A DNA stretch of 38,314 bases from Kiritimatiellia bacterium (GTDB taxonomy: Bacteria; Verrucomicrobiota; Kiritimatiellia; RFP12; UBA1067): positions 1-38,314 of the forward strand of contig JBJEWG010000222.1 in the NCBI GenBank assembly GCA_051884935.1, written 5' to 3'. A model generated the notes under the pieces. The model had not been told where the DNA came from. It saw only the letters and a program-made list of their open reading frames with translations, and did not search any database. A program made the position numbers and the translations under genes. Positions 8,846-18,380 of this stretch are shown piece after piece. The stretch's first letter is position 1; each line of letters opens with the position of its first letter.

Positions 8846-9652
8846 ATGGATCGGCGGACGTTTCTCGGGGGCATGGCGGGGGCGGGGCTCCTGTTCCGCG
8901 CCGACCTCTTCGCGGCGGCGCTGGCGGGTGGCGACACGCCGAAGACGCTCGTGCTGGGCGGGGGCGCGTTCGCGCTCGGCTACGCGCTGGCGCATCCGGC
9001 TGAGACGCTTGTGCTGGAGCGCGGCATCCATCTGGCGGCCGACTACGGGATGGTCGGCGATTACGCGGCGCCGGGCGAGGCGACGACGGATCTGGGGCGT
9101 GCGCTCCTGACGGAACTCGCGCAGGCGGGGCTGCTGAAGGAGGGGCGGCTCGAACTGCCGCCGCTCTCGGATTTCATGTCCGCCTTCTTCGCGGCGCGGG
9201 GCGGGCGGTCGTTCATGCATGCGGAGTTGGCCACGCTCGCACGCACGGGCACGGGCTGGTCCGGCGAAGTCTACGGCGGTGGCACGGAGGGGTTCGTGCC
9301 GTTTGAGGCCGCCGCCGTGCTCGACACGACGCCGACGGGCTGGCGGAACGCGGGGATGGACGAAGTCGCCGCGCGCACCTTCGCTGGCATCGCGCGGGAT
9401 GGGCTCGTCACCGTCACGCTGCCGGCGACGGCGGACGCCCACGCGGCGCGACTCGCGCTGCACGCCGCGGCGGCTGATGCCGGGCGCACCCTGCTCGCCG
9501 AGACGAACGCGCTGGGCATCCGCTACCGCACGCCGCCGGGGCGGCGCATCATCGTGCGCACCACGTCCCTCGGGACGACGTGGGTGCCGTCCGCGCAGTT
9601 CCCCACGTTTCTGGCGGCGTTCGAGGAGGGCGTGAGATGGAACTGTGCCTGA
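8846..9652 (+). CDS. Tat-signal protein with a degenerate Rossmann/FAD-binding-like N-terminus
   Basis: MDRRTFLGGMAGAG twin-arginine signal; TLVLGGGAFALGYA...LVLERG; ATG 5 nt after the upstream stop (the track's 8426 start overlaps the previous gene). Confidence 0.65.
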   Translation: MDRRTFLGGMAGAGLLFRADLFAAALAGGDTPKTLVLGGGAFALGYALAHPAETLVLERGIHLAADYGMVGDYAAPGEATTDLGRALLTELAQAGLLKEGRLELPPLSDFMSAFFAARGGRSFMHAELATLARTGTGWSGEVYGGGTEGFVPFEAAAVLDTTPTGWRNAGMDEVAARTFAGIARDGLVTVTLPATADAHAARLALHAAAADAGRTLLAETNALGIRYRTPPGRRIIVRTTSLGTTWVPSAQFPTFLAAFEEGVRWNCA

Positions 9653-11415
9653 TTTCCGCCGGTCGCGCGCGCGCGTACGCGCGCGATCCTTATTACAAGG
9701 CCCATGTGGACGTGGTGGTGGTGGGCCTCGGGACGGCCGGCGCCGAGGCGTTCGCGCAGGCGGTGGCGCTGGGGCTGCGCGTCTATGGCATCGAGTGGAG
9801 CACCGGCATGGGCGGGCAGGGCACGCTCGGGTGCGTCTGTTTCGGCGGGGGGCTGGTGCCGCGCCTGGGGCGCTACGAGCGGGCGGCGGAGAAGGGGCAG
9901 GTCGCATACGAGGCCGTCGTCGTCGGGGTCTGGCGGGAGGGGGCGCGCCTCGTGGGCGTGCGGTATCTGCGCAACGGCGAGATGACGGACGTTGCCGCGA
10001 AGGTGGTGATCGACGCGAGCGGCAACGCGACGGTGCCGCGCCTCTGTGGGCTGCCCGTTCGCAGGGGGCGGCCGTTCGACGGCGTGATGGCGCCCTGTGC
10101 GCGGGCCGAGACGTGGCTCGACGCCGCCGGGGCGGCGCATCCGATCTACCGCAACTATCCGGATGGGCTGGCCGGTTCGGCGAGGGAGTTCTCGGCGACC
10201 GTGACCAAGCTCGACGCGGCGCGGCACGGGTACTGGAAGGGACAGGCCCGGCGCGAGCGGATGCTGCGGGCGTCGCTGCTGGTGAATGCGCGCGAAGAGG
10301 CGCGGGCGGTGACGGAGGAGATTCTCACGCTGCGGGACGCTCTGGGCGGGCGCGCCGTCCCAGACCCGATCTTCCACGCCTGGGAGCCGGAGGACCTGCC
10401 GGTGTTCTTCGGGGACCACGCATTCGAGTCCGAGGAAATCCAGAACTGGAAGGTGCTCTGCGGGCTGCCGATGTTCGGCTATCCATCGACCATCTCCTAC
10501 GGGACGATTGTGGCGAAGGGCGTGGAGAACCTGTTCGTCCCCTCGAAGCACTTCGGCGTGGCGCACGACTTGGGCGGGGGACTGCGGATGCAGGGCGAGA
10601 TGTGCAAGACGGGAATCGCCGCCGCGTGCGCGGCCGCGGTCATGCTCGAACGGGGGTGCGCGGCGCGCGAGGTGCCCTATGCGGCGCTGCGGCCCCACCT
10701 GGAGCGCGCGGGCACGCTGGCGCCGCCCCGCAAGACGTTCGTGACGGCCTGCCGGGGACATGAGTTCAGGCCCTACACGGACGAGCAGGTCGTCGCCGCG
10801 CTGCGCCGGGACGTCACCCGCACGAATGAATGGTGGCAGGGGCCGCTCGGCGTCGCCTCCAATTCGCCGGCCGAACAGGCGGCCTATGCGTACTGGACCT
10901 GCTGGGAGTGTTGTCTGACGGGCGCGCTGGCGCGGCGGAAGGGTCTCGCGGATGCGTTGGCGGCGGCGCTGGAGGCGGCCCCGCGTTTCGCGGGCAACTA
11001 CGCGGTGGCGCTGGGGCTGATGGGGGATCGGCGGTGTCTGCCCACGCTGCGCGAACTCGTGGCGCATCCGGGCGGTGAGAAGGATCCGGTCGTTCCACGG
11101 GCCTATCCGAACCGCATCAAGTCGATTCTGCTGTTGGGGCGGTTCGCGGACGCGGCGAGTGTGCCGACTCTGCTGGCGATCGCGGCGGATGGCGCGGGGG
11201 CGTTCACGCGGGATCTCGCGTCCGCCCAGGCGTTCGCGAGCCCGATGCTTTGCCGCTTCCAGGCGCTTTCGTATGCCTTCTGTGCGCTGAAGGCGATCCT
11301 CGCGCGCCACCCCGATGAACGGCGGATGCGCGACCTCGCATCCGCCCAGGCCCGTCTTCCGCCCATGCCGGCGGGCGACGGCGTCGATCTCGCCGATCGT
11401 CTGCGGCGCATCTAG
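9637..11415 (+). CDS. FAD-dependent oxidoreductase (FAD_oxidored-like) with C-terminal helical HEAT-like region
   Basis: SD GAGGAGG before ATG 9637; DVVVVGLGTAG, MGGQGT, AKVVIDASGNA, VENLFVPSK...RMQ motifs. Confidence 0.8.
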   Translation: MELCLISAGRARAYARDPYYKAHVDVVVVGLGTAGAEAFAQAVALGLRVYGIEWSTGMGGQGTLGCVCFGGGLVPRLGRYERAAEKGQVAYEAVVVGVWREGARLVGVRYLRNGEMTDVAAKVVIDASGNATVPRLCGLPVRRGRPFDGVMAPCARAETWLDAAGAAHPIYRNYPDGLAGSAREFSATVTKLDAARHGYWKGQARRERMLRASLLVNAREEARAVTEEILTLRDALGGRAVPDPIFHAWEPEDLPVFFGDHAFESEEIQNWKVLCGLPMFGYPSTISYGTIVAKGVENLFVPSKHFGVAHDLGGGLRMQGEMCKTGIAAACAAAVMLERGCAAREVPYAALRPHLERAGTLAPPRKTFVTACRGHEFRPYTDEQVVAALRRDVTRTNEWWQGPLGVASNSPAEQAAYAYWTCWECCLTGALARRKGLADALAAALEAAPRFAGNYAVALGLMGDRRCLPTLRELVAHPGGEKDPVVPRAYPNRIKSILLLGRFADAASVPTLLAIAADGAGAFTRDLASAQAFASPMLCRFQALSYAFCALKAILARHPDERRMRDLASAQARLPPMPAGDGVDLADRLRRI

Positions 11416-11487
11416 CCAGGGACGAATCGGTCGCCTGAACGTGTTGCGCGGATTTCCCGTGGCCTATTGGCTAGTCTATATCATATA

Positions 11488-11496
11488 TGATATAAT
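11488..11496 (+). promoter_or_regulatory. Extended -10 promoter (TGaTATAAT), leaderless
   Basis: TATAAT at 11491-11496, 7 nt before ATG 11504. Confidence 0.65.
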
Positions 11497-11503
11497 GCCC
11501 GCC

Positions 11504-12013
11504 ATGAACAAACAGTTGCACTTTACGCCGCAGGCATCCGAGTTCCTGACGGAGCAATCCGCCGCCGTCCAGAAGAAGGCATTAGGCAAGGCGCGGGTCG
11601 ATGCGTTTATGGCGAAGTTCGCAGGCTATGAGAAGTTGGTAACGTATCGCCGACGCTACACGGCTTTGGGTGAGCGGCAGGCGAAGTCTCTTGCCAAGGA
11701 CCTTTCCGGTGAGCGCAAGGGCGGTTTGGAGGAATTGCGCGCTATTCCTGGCTTTATCGAGAACGAGTCTTCGATTCGCAAGGAGAATGCCTTGCACCTT
11801 GCGATGATGGAAGCCAAGAAGCGGTCAGGCCTCAACCAGACCGAGATTGCCGCCCGTCTCGGTATGCCGCAACCGAACGTGTCTCGTATCGAACACAGTG
11901 AGATCGTCACGTTCCACACGTTTGCCGCATACCTTTTCGCCTGTGGATTTGATTTCACCATTCGCCTTCGCCGTGCAGAAGACGGTAAAACCACAAGAGT
12001 TTCCTGCACGTAA
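11504..12013 (+). CDS. XRE-family HTH protein (HigA-like antitoxin C-terminus; RelE/HigB-like N-terminal fragment)
   Basis: KKRSGLNQTEIAARLGMPQPNVSRIE HTH; N-terminus MNKQLHFTPQASEFLTEQSAAVQKK; visibly lower GC than its neighbours. Confidence 0.7.
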   Translation: MNKQLHFTPQASEFLTEQSAAVQKKALGKARVDAFMAKFAGYEKLVTYRRRYTALGERQAKSLAKDLSGERKGGLEELRAIPGFIENESSIRKENALHLAMMEAKKRSGLNQTEIAARLGMPQPNVSRIEHSEIVTFHTFAAYLFACGFDFTIRLRRAEDGKTTRVSCT

Positions 12014-12032
12014 ATTGACATACTCGGCCATT

Positions 12033-13973
12033 ATGAGTTGGTGCAGGATAGCGCTCGTCGGGTTGTGCTCATGGGGACTGAGCACCTTGGCGGGATGGGA
12101 CGAGCTCGACTTCCGGGCGAGTCCGCCTGCCGCAGATGGCTGGAGCATGTCGGGGACGACGCTGAACGCCGACCGGGGGTTGAAGTTCGCGGAGCCGGGG
12201 GCCTTTCTAACGAGCCCGCTGTACGAGGGGGCGGTCACGTCCGTCACGGTCGTCACCTATTGCAGCGGCACGCGCATCGAGAATCCCTTCATTGTGAGCG
12301 CGGGGGCGACGGAGGCGTCGTTCTTCGACCGTGGGCCGTACATCGGGTATGTTGGCAACACGTACGTGACGAACGAGTTCGTCTTCGGCGCGGATGAGTC
12401 CGTCCATGGCGTGAAGATTCGTTTGAACGCGGCGGGGGGCGTCCCGGGGAACTACTACGTCACGTCCGTGGCGGTGAAGTGGCGGGGCGGGCCGCTTCAG
12501 CCACCGCGGGAGGTCCGCGCGGAGAATGTCGAGACGAACGCCTTCGTCATCTACTGGCGGCCACCCGACGATGCGGACTGGTGCCGCCCGCTCGTGTGGA
12601 CCAATCAGGTGGTCGGCGCGTCGCCTGGCGAGGTTGTCTGGCGCGAGGCGTTCTCGAACGCGCCCGCGAAGACGGGGGCGCTCCCGGCCATTCCCTCGGG
12701 CTGGCTGGAGGAATACGTTGACTGGCCGGACGAAGAACGGTACTGGGTTCTCGACCACGTCTATCCGTCCGTGGACGCCGGTTCGATTCGGATCGGCAAC
12801 ACCTCGACGAACGGATGGCTGATCACGCCGTCACTGCCGGGCGGCGAGGGGTTGACGCTTCATCTGCGGGCGCGGCGGCAGAGTTCGAAGGACGGCTCGG
12901 TGATGCCCGTGTGGCGAGGGTCGATGGACGATGTTACGGAGCTCGGGTGCGTGACGCTGACGGACGATTATCGCGACTACTATCTGCCCGTGCCGGTCTT
13001 GGAGGAGGAGGATTACATTATGGTCTACTCCACGACGAACAAGCGGTCCTCGCGCGTGATTCTGGACACGCTGGAGCTGCTAAGGGGCCATGAGGGAGGA
13101 CAGGTGGTTCCGGGTTACGTCGTGCGGGGAGAGGCGACGCGCGAGACGAGTTGGGCGGTGGAGAATCTGACGCCCGACGAGTATTTCTTCGCCGTCGAGG
13201 CCGTGCGAGGGGACGCGCGGGTGGTATCGTCCACGGGGCGGGTCGATCTGCTGGAACGTTCGCCAGCCGCGTTGCCGCCTCCCGTCTGGCTGTCGGAGCT
13301 GGAGGGCCCTGTATGGCGGGAGGACTTCGACCGGCTGGCGGATATCTTCCCCGGAAGCGGGAACGAGACGCGCTGGGCCAACGTCGAAACGCTGAGCCCC
13401 TGGCAGGCGTGGTGTGACGGCGTCGAGCCGATTCGGATCAAACGGAACAAGGGCGCCGTCGCGTCCGGCGGGCTTTATGCCTACTGGGCCACGAACAAAC
13501 TGGTTTCATCCTACTCGCTTGGCTGGAACGTGGGGAGCACGGCGGAGAGTTTCGTGATCGGCGCGGCGTTCGTCAACGACCAGAGCGCGGTGCTCGACGA
13601 ATTCTCGCTCGCCTATGTGGGGCGGCAGTTCGGCTTCAAGAACAAAGAGGCGCAGACGATCGCGGTGGAGTGGCTCGTGACGAACCGCCTCGTCTCGGTG
13701 TGGGCGGAGGGAGACTGGCGGCAGGAGGAGGCGCTTGCCTTCACGACGCCGGCCGTCGGCCTCGGCGAAGAATTGAAGAGCGGCGAGGAACTGCCCCTGG
13801 AACAGCGGGTCGCCGGGACTTTGGAGAAGGCCGTGCTGCGTCCCGGTGAGGTGCTGCTCGTGCGGTGGCGGCGGCAACGGATCACTTATTCGGCGGCGCT
13901 GGCGATTGACGACGTGCGCCTCTCGTTCCGGAAAACGAAACACTCGCGGGCGACGGTCCTGCGGATTCGCTGA
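12033..13973 (+). CDS. Secreted multi-domain beta-sandwich protein with FN3-like elements
   Basis: Signal peptide MSWCRIALVGLCSWGLSTLA; FN3-like PPREVRAENVETNAFVIYW and VENLTPDEYFFAVEAV; C-terminal LAYVGRQF...VRW...ALAIDDV domain; ends ATVLRIR. Confidence 0.7.
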   Translation: MSWCRIALVGLCSWGLSTLAGWDELDFRASPPAADGWSMSGTTLNADRGLKFAEPGAFLTSPLYEGAVTSVTVVTYCSGTRIENPFIVSAGATEASFFDRGPYIGYVGNTYVTNEFVFGADESVHGVKIRLNAAGGVPGNYYVTSVAVKWRGGPLQPPREVRAENVETNAFVIYWRPPDDADWCRPLVWTNQVVGASPGEVVWREAFSNAPAKTGALPAIPSGWLEEYVDWPDEERYWVLDHVYPSVDAGSIRIGNTSTNGWLITPSLPGGEGLTLHLRARRQSSKDGSVMPVWRGSMDDVTELGCVTLTDDYRDYYLPVPVLEEEDYIMVYSTTNKRSSRVILDTLELLRGHEGGQVVPGYVVRGEATRETSWAVENLTPDEYFFAVEAVRGDARVVSSTGRVDLLERSPAALPPPVWLSELEGPVWREDFDRLADIFPGSGNETRWANVETLSPWQAWCDGVEPIRIKRNKGAVASGGLYAYWATNKLVSSYSLGWNVGSTAESFVIGAAFVNDQSAVLDEFSLAYVGRQFGFKNKEAQTIAVEWLVTNRLVSVWAEGDWRQEEALAFTTPAVGLGEELKSGEELPLEQRVAGTLEKAVLRPGEVLLVRWRRQRITYSAALAIDDVRLSFRKTKHSRATVLRIR

Positions 13974-14035
13974 GGTGACGGGCCGTCCCGATATTTCGAC
14001 ACTTATCATCAACCAACAATCAAGCGACATCGACT

Positions 14036-15391
14036 ATGATTCCACGCGAAATCCTGAACGACTACTTTGAACTGCTGCGCTTCGAGACGGTGGGCGCCGA
14101 TCCCGTGAAGCTGCGCGACTGCCTGTGCTGCGCCACCTGGATTCAGAAGTGGCTCGCGCCGATGGGGTTCAAGGCCGAACTGATGCAGGCGCCGGGGCTC
14201 CTCGGTACGCCGCCGGTCGTGTTCGCGGAGCGGGCGGGCGACGAAGGCGCGCCGACCGTTCTCCTCTATGGGCACTACGACGTGCAGCCGGCGGACCCGC
14301 TGGACGCCTGGGAGACGCCGCCGTTCGAGCCGACGCTGAAGGAGGACGGACGCGTCTACTGCCGCGGCGCGCAGGACGACAAGGGCCAGTGGTTCGCCTG
14401 TCTTTGCGGCATCCGCAAGTTCCTGGTGGAACGGAATGGCCGCCCCACGCCCACGCTCAAGGTGGTGCTGGAGGGGCAGGAGGAAAGCGGGTCCACGGCG
14501 CTCGCGAAACTGGTGCCCACGATCAAGGACCGTCTGCGCGCGGACGTGCTGCTGGTCTGCGACACGGGCGCGGCGGCGGATCTGCGCCCGGCCATCGTCG
14601 CCGGGCTTCGCGGCGTGAGTCACTTCACGGTGCGTCTTGAGGCGGCGGACCACGACCTCCACTCCGGCGAGTTCGGCGGAATCGCGCCGAATCCCGCGCA
14701 GGGCATGGCGGAGCTGGTGGCGTCCCTTCACAATGCGGACGGATCAATCGCCGTGCGCGGGTTCTGCGACGGAATCGAGCCGCCGACGGACGAGGAGCGA
14801 GCGGCCGCCGAGTCCGCCGCGATGAGCGACGCGCGCTACGAACAGGAGATGGGCTGCCCGCCGGTGGGGGGCGAGGAGGGCCTCACGCCCACGGAACGCA
14901 ATTCGTTCCGTCCCACGATCGAGGTGAACGGCATCCACTCGGGCTACGGCGGGCCCGGCTCGAAGACGGTGATCCCCGCCGCCGCGCTCGGCAAGCTCTC
15001 GATGCGCCTCGTGCCGGGGCAGAACCCCGACGCGGCGATGGCGTGCGTCGAGCGCCACCTGCGGCGGCACGTGCCGCGCGGCATGCGGCTCTTCATCGAG
15101 GACCTCACGGGCGAGGCCGCGGGCTTTCGTCTGCCGCTCGCCTCGCCGGTGTTCCGTTTGGCGGCGCACGTTCTGGAGACGATGGACGCGCGGGGGCCGG
15201 TGTTCCAGTGGGACGGTGCCTCGATCCCGATCGTCTCGACTTTGAAGGACTGCAGCGGCGCGGCGCCCCTCCTCGTGGGCTGGGGGCAGCCGGGGGACCG
15301 CATCCACTCGCCGAACGAGTCCTTCGGGCTGGACCAGTTCGCCCTCGCGATGACGTGGGGCGAACGGATCCTCGCCGCCCTCGCGGACTAG
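14036..15391 (+). CDS. M20/M25/M40 family metallo-dipeptidase
   Basis: YGHYDVQP, RGAQDDKG, EGQEESGS, DLHSG and IHSPNE metal-binding motifs. Confidence 0.92.
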   Translation: MIPREILNDYFELLRFETVGADPVKLRDCLCCATWIQKWLAPMGFKAELMQAPGLLGTPPVVFAERAGDEGAPTVLLYGHYDVQPADPLDAWETPPFEPTLKEDGRVYCRGAQDDKGQWFACLCGIRKFLVERNGRPTPTLKVVLEGQEESGSTALAKLVPTIKDRLRADVLLVCDTGAAADLRPAIVAGLRGVSHFTVRLEAADHDLHSGEFGGIAPNPAQGMAELVASLHNADGSIAVRGFCDGIEPPTDEERAAAESAAMSDARYEQEMGCPPVGGEEGLTPTERNSFRPTIEVNGIHSGYGGPGSKTVIPAAALGKLSMRLVPGQNPDAAMACVERHLRRHVPRGMRLFIEDLTGEAAGFRLPLASPVFRLAAHVLETMDARGPVFQWDGASIPIVSTLKDCSGAAPLLVGWGQPGDRIHSPNESFGLDQFALAMTWGERILAALAD

Positions 15392-15457
15392 CCGCCGCGC
15401 GCGTGCCGGGCGGTTTCTCCCGAGAGAAGCGTATCTACGGAAAGAGTCGTTTTCGGC

Positions 15458-15486
15458 TTGCGCCGAGTTTCTGTTTGTAGTATCAT
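15458..15486 (+). promoter_or_regulatory. sigma70 promoter of trpB2 (TTGCGC-17-TATCAT)
   Basis: -35 at 15458-15463, -10 at 15481-15486; SD GGAGG follows. Confidence 0.55.
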
Positions 15487-15517
15487 TCTCCGCATCCGAA
15501 CAGCGGAGGAACACTAG

Positions 15518-16894
15518 ATGAGCAAGCAGAGCGACATTCCATACAAGACCTATCTCGCCGAGGACGAGGTGCCCCGCGCGTGGTACAACGTGCGGGCGGA
15601 CATGAAGGCCAAGCCGGCCCCGCTTCTGGACCCTGCCACGGGGCGGCCCGTCACGGCCGAGGAGCTGGGGCGCGTGTTCTGCGACGAGCTCGCGCGGCAG
15701 GAGCTGGACGACGCCACGGCGTGGTTCCCGATCCCGGGCCCGATTCAGGATTTCTACCGGATGTTCCGCCCGAGCCCCCTGATCCGCGCCTACTTCCTTG
15801 AACGCGCGCTTGGCACGCCGGCGAAGATCTACTACAAGTTCGAGGGCAACAACACCTCCGGCTCACACAAGCTCAACAGCGCCGTCGCCCAGGCCTACTA
15901 CGCGAAGGCGCAGGGGCTCAAGGGCGTCACCACGGAGACGGGCGCGGGGCAGTGGGGCACGGCGCTTTCGATGGCCTGCTCGTTCTTCGGCCTCGACTGC
16001 AGGGTCTTCATGGTGAAGTGCTCATACGAGCAGAAGCCGTTCCGGCGCGAGGTGATGCGCACGTACGGCGCGTCCGTCACGCCGTCCCCATCGATGGAGA
16101 CGAACGTGGGGCGCGCAATCAACGCCGCCCATCCCGGCACGACGGGGTCACTGGGCTGCGCGATCTCCGAGGCGGTGGAGGCCGCGGTCTCGCACGAGGG
16201 CTACCGCTACGTACTCGGCAGCGTGCTCTCGCAGGTGCTGCTGCACCAGTCGATCATCGGGCTTGAGGCGAAGACGGCCTTCGACAAGCTCGGCGTGAAG
16301 CCCGACGTGATCATCGGCTGCGCGGGCGGTGGCTCGAACCTCGGCGGCCTCATCTCCCCCTTTATGGGCGAGAAGCTGCGCGGCGAGAGGGACTACCGCT
16401 TCATCGCCGTCGAGCCGGCGAGCTGCCCGTCGCTTACGCGCGGTCGCTATGCCTACGACTTCTGCGACACCGGGCGGGTGTGCCCGCTCCAGAAGATGTA
16501 CACGCTCGGCCACGACTTCATCCCCTCCGCCAGCCACGCGGGCGGGTTGCGCTACCACGGCATGAGCGCGACCCTCAGCGAACTCTACGATCAGGGGCTG
16601 ATGGAGGCGCGGGCCGTCGAGCAGACGAGCGTCTTCGAGGCCGCGCAGCAGTTCGCGCGCGTGGAGGGAATCCTGCCGGCGCCGGAGTCCAGCCACGCCA
16701 TCCGCGCGGCGATCGACGAGGCGCTGCGGTGCAAGGCCGAGGGGCGGGAGGAGACGATCCTCTTCGGCCTCACGGGCACGGGATACTTCGACATGGCCGC
16801 CTACCAGAAGTTCAACGACGGCGTGATGAGCGACTCGATCCCCACGGACGAGGAGCTCGCCGCGAGCTTCGCCAAACTGCCCAAGGTCGGGTGA
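15518..16894 (+). CDS. trpB2: TrpB-like PLP-dependent enzyme (tryptophan synthase beta chain 2)
   Basis: GSHKLN (PLP lysine), TTETGAGQWG, GSLGCAISEAVE, GGGSN, GGLRYHG, PAPESSHA; 458 aa; no trpA nearby. Confidence 0.93.
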   Translation: MSKQSDIPYKTYLAEDEVPRAWYNVRADMKAKPAPLLDPATGRPVTAEELGRVFCDELARQELDDATAWFPIPGPIQDFYRMFRPSPLIRAYFLERALGTPAKIYYKFEGNNTSGSHKLNSAVAQAYYAKAQGLKGVTTETGAGQWGTALSMACSFFGLDCRVFMVKCSYEQKPFRREVMRTYGASVTPSPSMETNVGRAINAAHPGTTGSLGCAISEAVEAAVSHEGYRYVLGSVLSQVLLHQSIIGLEAKTAFDKLGVKPDVIIGCAGGGSNLGGLISPFMGEKLRGERDYRFIAVEPASCPSLTRGRYAYDFCDTGRVCPLQKMYTLGHDFIPSASHAGGLRYHGMSATLSELYDQGLMEARAVEQTSVFEAAQQFARVEGILPAPESSHAIRAAIDEALRCKAEGREETILFGLTGTGYFDMAAYQKFNDGVMSDSIPTDEELAASFAKLPKVG

Positions 16895-16899
16895 GATTG

Positions 16900-16908
16900 T
16901 GATATAAT
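16900..16908 (+). promoter_or_regulatory. Extended -10 promoter (TGaTATAAT), leaderless or near-leaderless
   Basis: TATAAT at 16903-16908, 8 nt before ATG 16917. Confidence 0.6.
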
Positions 16909-16916
16909 GAGCGCCT

Positions 16917-18293
16917 ATGAACCTTCAGCGGCGTGACTTTCTGAAGACGGCGGCTGCGACGGCCGCCGCCTTTGCGTTCCCGAACCTGCGTGCGGCGGCG
17001 GCTTCGCCGAACGGCAAGGTCAACATGGCCTTCGTCGGAATCGGGCATCAGGCCCGAAGCGACTTCAACATGTTCGCCTACTACAAGGACCTCGTGAACG
17101 TCGTCGCGTTCTGCGACACGCAGATGGGGGCCGACCATACGCTGGACGTCCTGAAGGTGTGCCCGAACGTGCCCCGCTACCAGGACTTTCGCAAGATGCT
17201 CGACGAGCACGGCCGGGAGATCGACGCGGTGTGCATTGCGACGCCGGACTTCTCGCACTTCCCCGCCGCCATGCTCGCGATGTCGATGGGCAAGGCGGTC
17301 TACTGCGAGAAGCCGATGTGCAACGGGTTCCGCGAGATCGGCCTCATGACGGCGGCGGCGAAGCGGCACAAGGTCGTCACGCAGATGGGGAACCAGGGCC
17401 ATTCGGACGCCAACTACTGGCAGATGAAGACGCTCGTGGAGAGCGGCTGGCTGAAGGACGTGACGCACATCGACGCCTACATGTGCGCGAACAACCGCCG
17501 CTGGTTCAAGTGGAACGGCACGATGACGGAGATGCCGGGCGAGGAGGCCGAACCGGCCGAGATGGACTGGGACGTCTGGCTCTCGCAGCGTCCGTTCCGC
17601 CCCTACAACCACAACTTCATCAACGGTGACTGGCGCTGCTTCTACGAGTATGGCACGGGCGCGCTGGGCGACTGGGGGGCGCACCTCTTCGACGCGGCGC
17701 ACGAATTCCTCAAGCTCGGTCTGCCTACGCGGATCGAGACGGTGAAGAACGACCGCCGCACGTCGGTCGTATTCCCGATGGCGTCCACGATTCGGTATGC
17801 CTTCCCCGCGCGCGGAGAGGGCTTCCCCGCCTGCACGCTCGACTGGCACGACGGCGCGGGCAACTTCCCGAAGCCAATCGAAAAGACGACGGACCGTAAA
17901 TGGAAGCGTCGCGACTGCGGGGCGGAGCTTCATCTGAAGGACGGACGCGTCTTCGCGCGCGGCAGCCACGGCAGCCCGCTGCAGCTGGTGGCGGGCGGCG
18001 ATCCGCGGGAGCCCTCCACGCGGAAGGCGCTGAAGGAGTTCCCCAAGGGGAGGAGTGGGCACTATCTCAACTTCCTGCGGGCCGTGAGGGGCGAGGAGCC
18101 CGCGAACAGCGACTTCGCGGTGGCTGGCCCGCTCTCGCAGGTGATGGCCCTCGGCGCCATCGCGCAGCGCATGGCCGAGCCGAAGCTGGAGTTCGACCCG
18201 AAGGCGGGCCGCTTCGTTGGAAACGACGCCGCGAACGCCCTTCTGGACGGACCGCCCGTGCGCAGGGGATGGGAAGAGTTCGAGAAGCTCTAA
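16917..18293 (+). CDS. Tat-exported Gfo/Idh/MocA family oxidoreductase
   Basis: QRRDFLK Tat signal; AFVGIG, IATPDFSH, VYCEKP, QMGNQG, GALGDWGAH. Confidence 0.92.
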   Translation: MNLQRRDFLKTAAATAAAFAFPNLRAAAASPNGKVNMAFVGIGHQARSDFNMFAYYKDLVNVVAFCDTQMGADHTLDVLKVCPNVPRYQDFRKMLDEHGREIDAVCIATPDFSHFPAAMLAMSMGKAVYCEKPMCNGFREIGLMTAAAKRHKVVTQMGNQGHSDANYWQMKTLVESGWLKDVTHIDAYMCANNRRWFKWNGTMTEMPGEEAEPAEMDWDVWLSQRPFRPYNHNFINGDWRCFYEYGTGALGDWGAHLFDAAHEFLKLGLPTRIETVKNDRRTSVVFPMASTIRYAFPARGEGFPACTLDWHDGAGNFPKPIEKTTDRKWKRRDCGAELHLKDGRVFARGSHGSPLQLVAGGDPREPSTRKALKEFPKGRSGHYLNFLRAVRGEEPANSDFAVAGPLSQVMALGAIAQRMAEPKLEFDPKAGRFVGNDAANALLDGPPVRRGWEEFEKL

Positions 18294-18380
18294 GCGCTTC
18301 GGGTGACTCAGAGCGGCGACTTCCCGTACAACACACAATCGACAACCCACAATCGGCTTCAAAGTGAAAGGGGCTTTCCC

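Noticed and set aside
12015..12020. TTGACA as the -35 of the 12033 gene
   Set aside because: Only 12 nt before the ATG and no -10 hexamer at a suitable distance
15518..16894. Stand-alone trpB as a sign of a novel pathway
   Set aside because: TrpB2 without trpA is well known (indole salvage) in anaerobes
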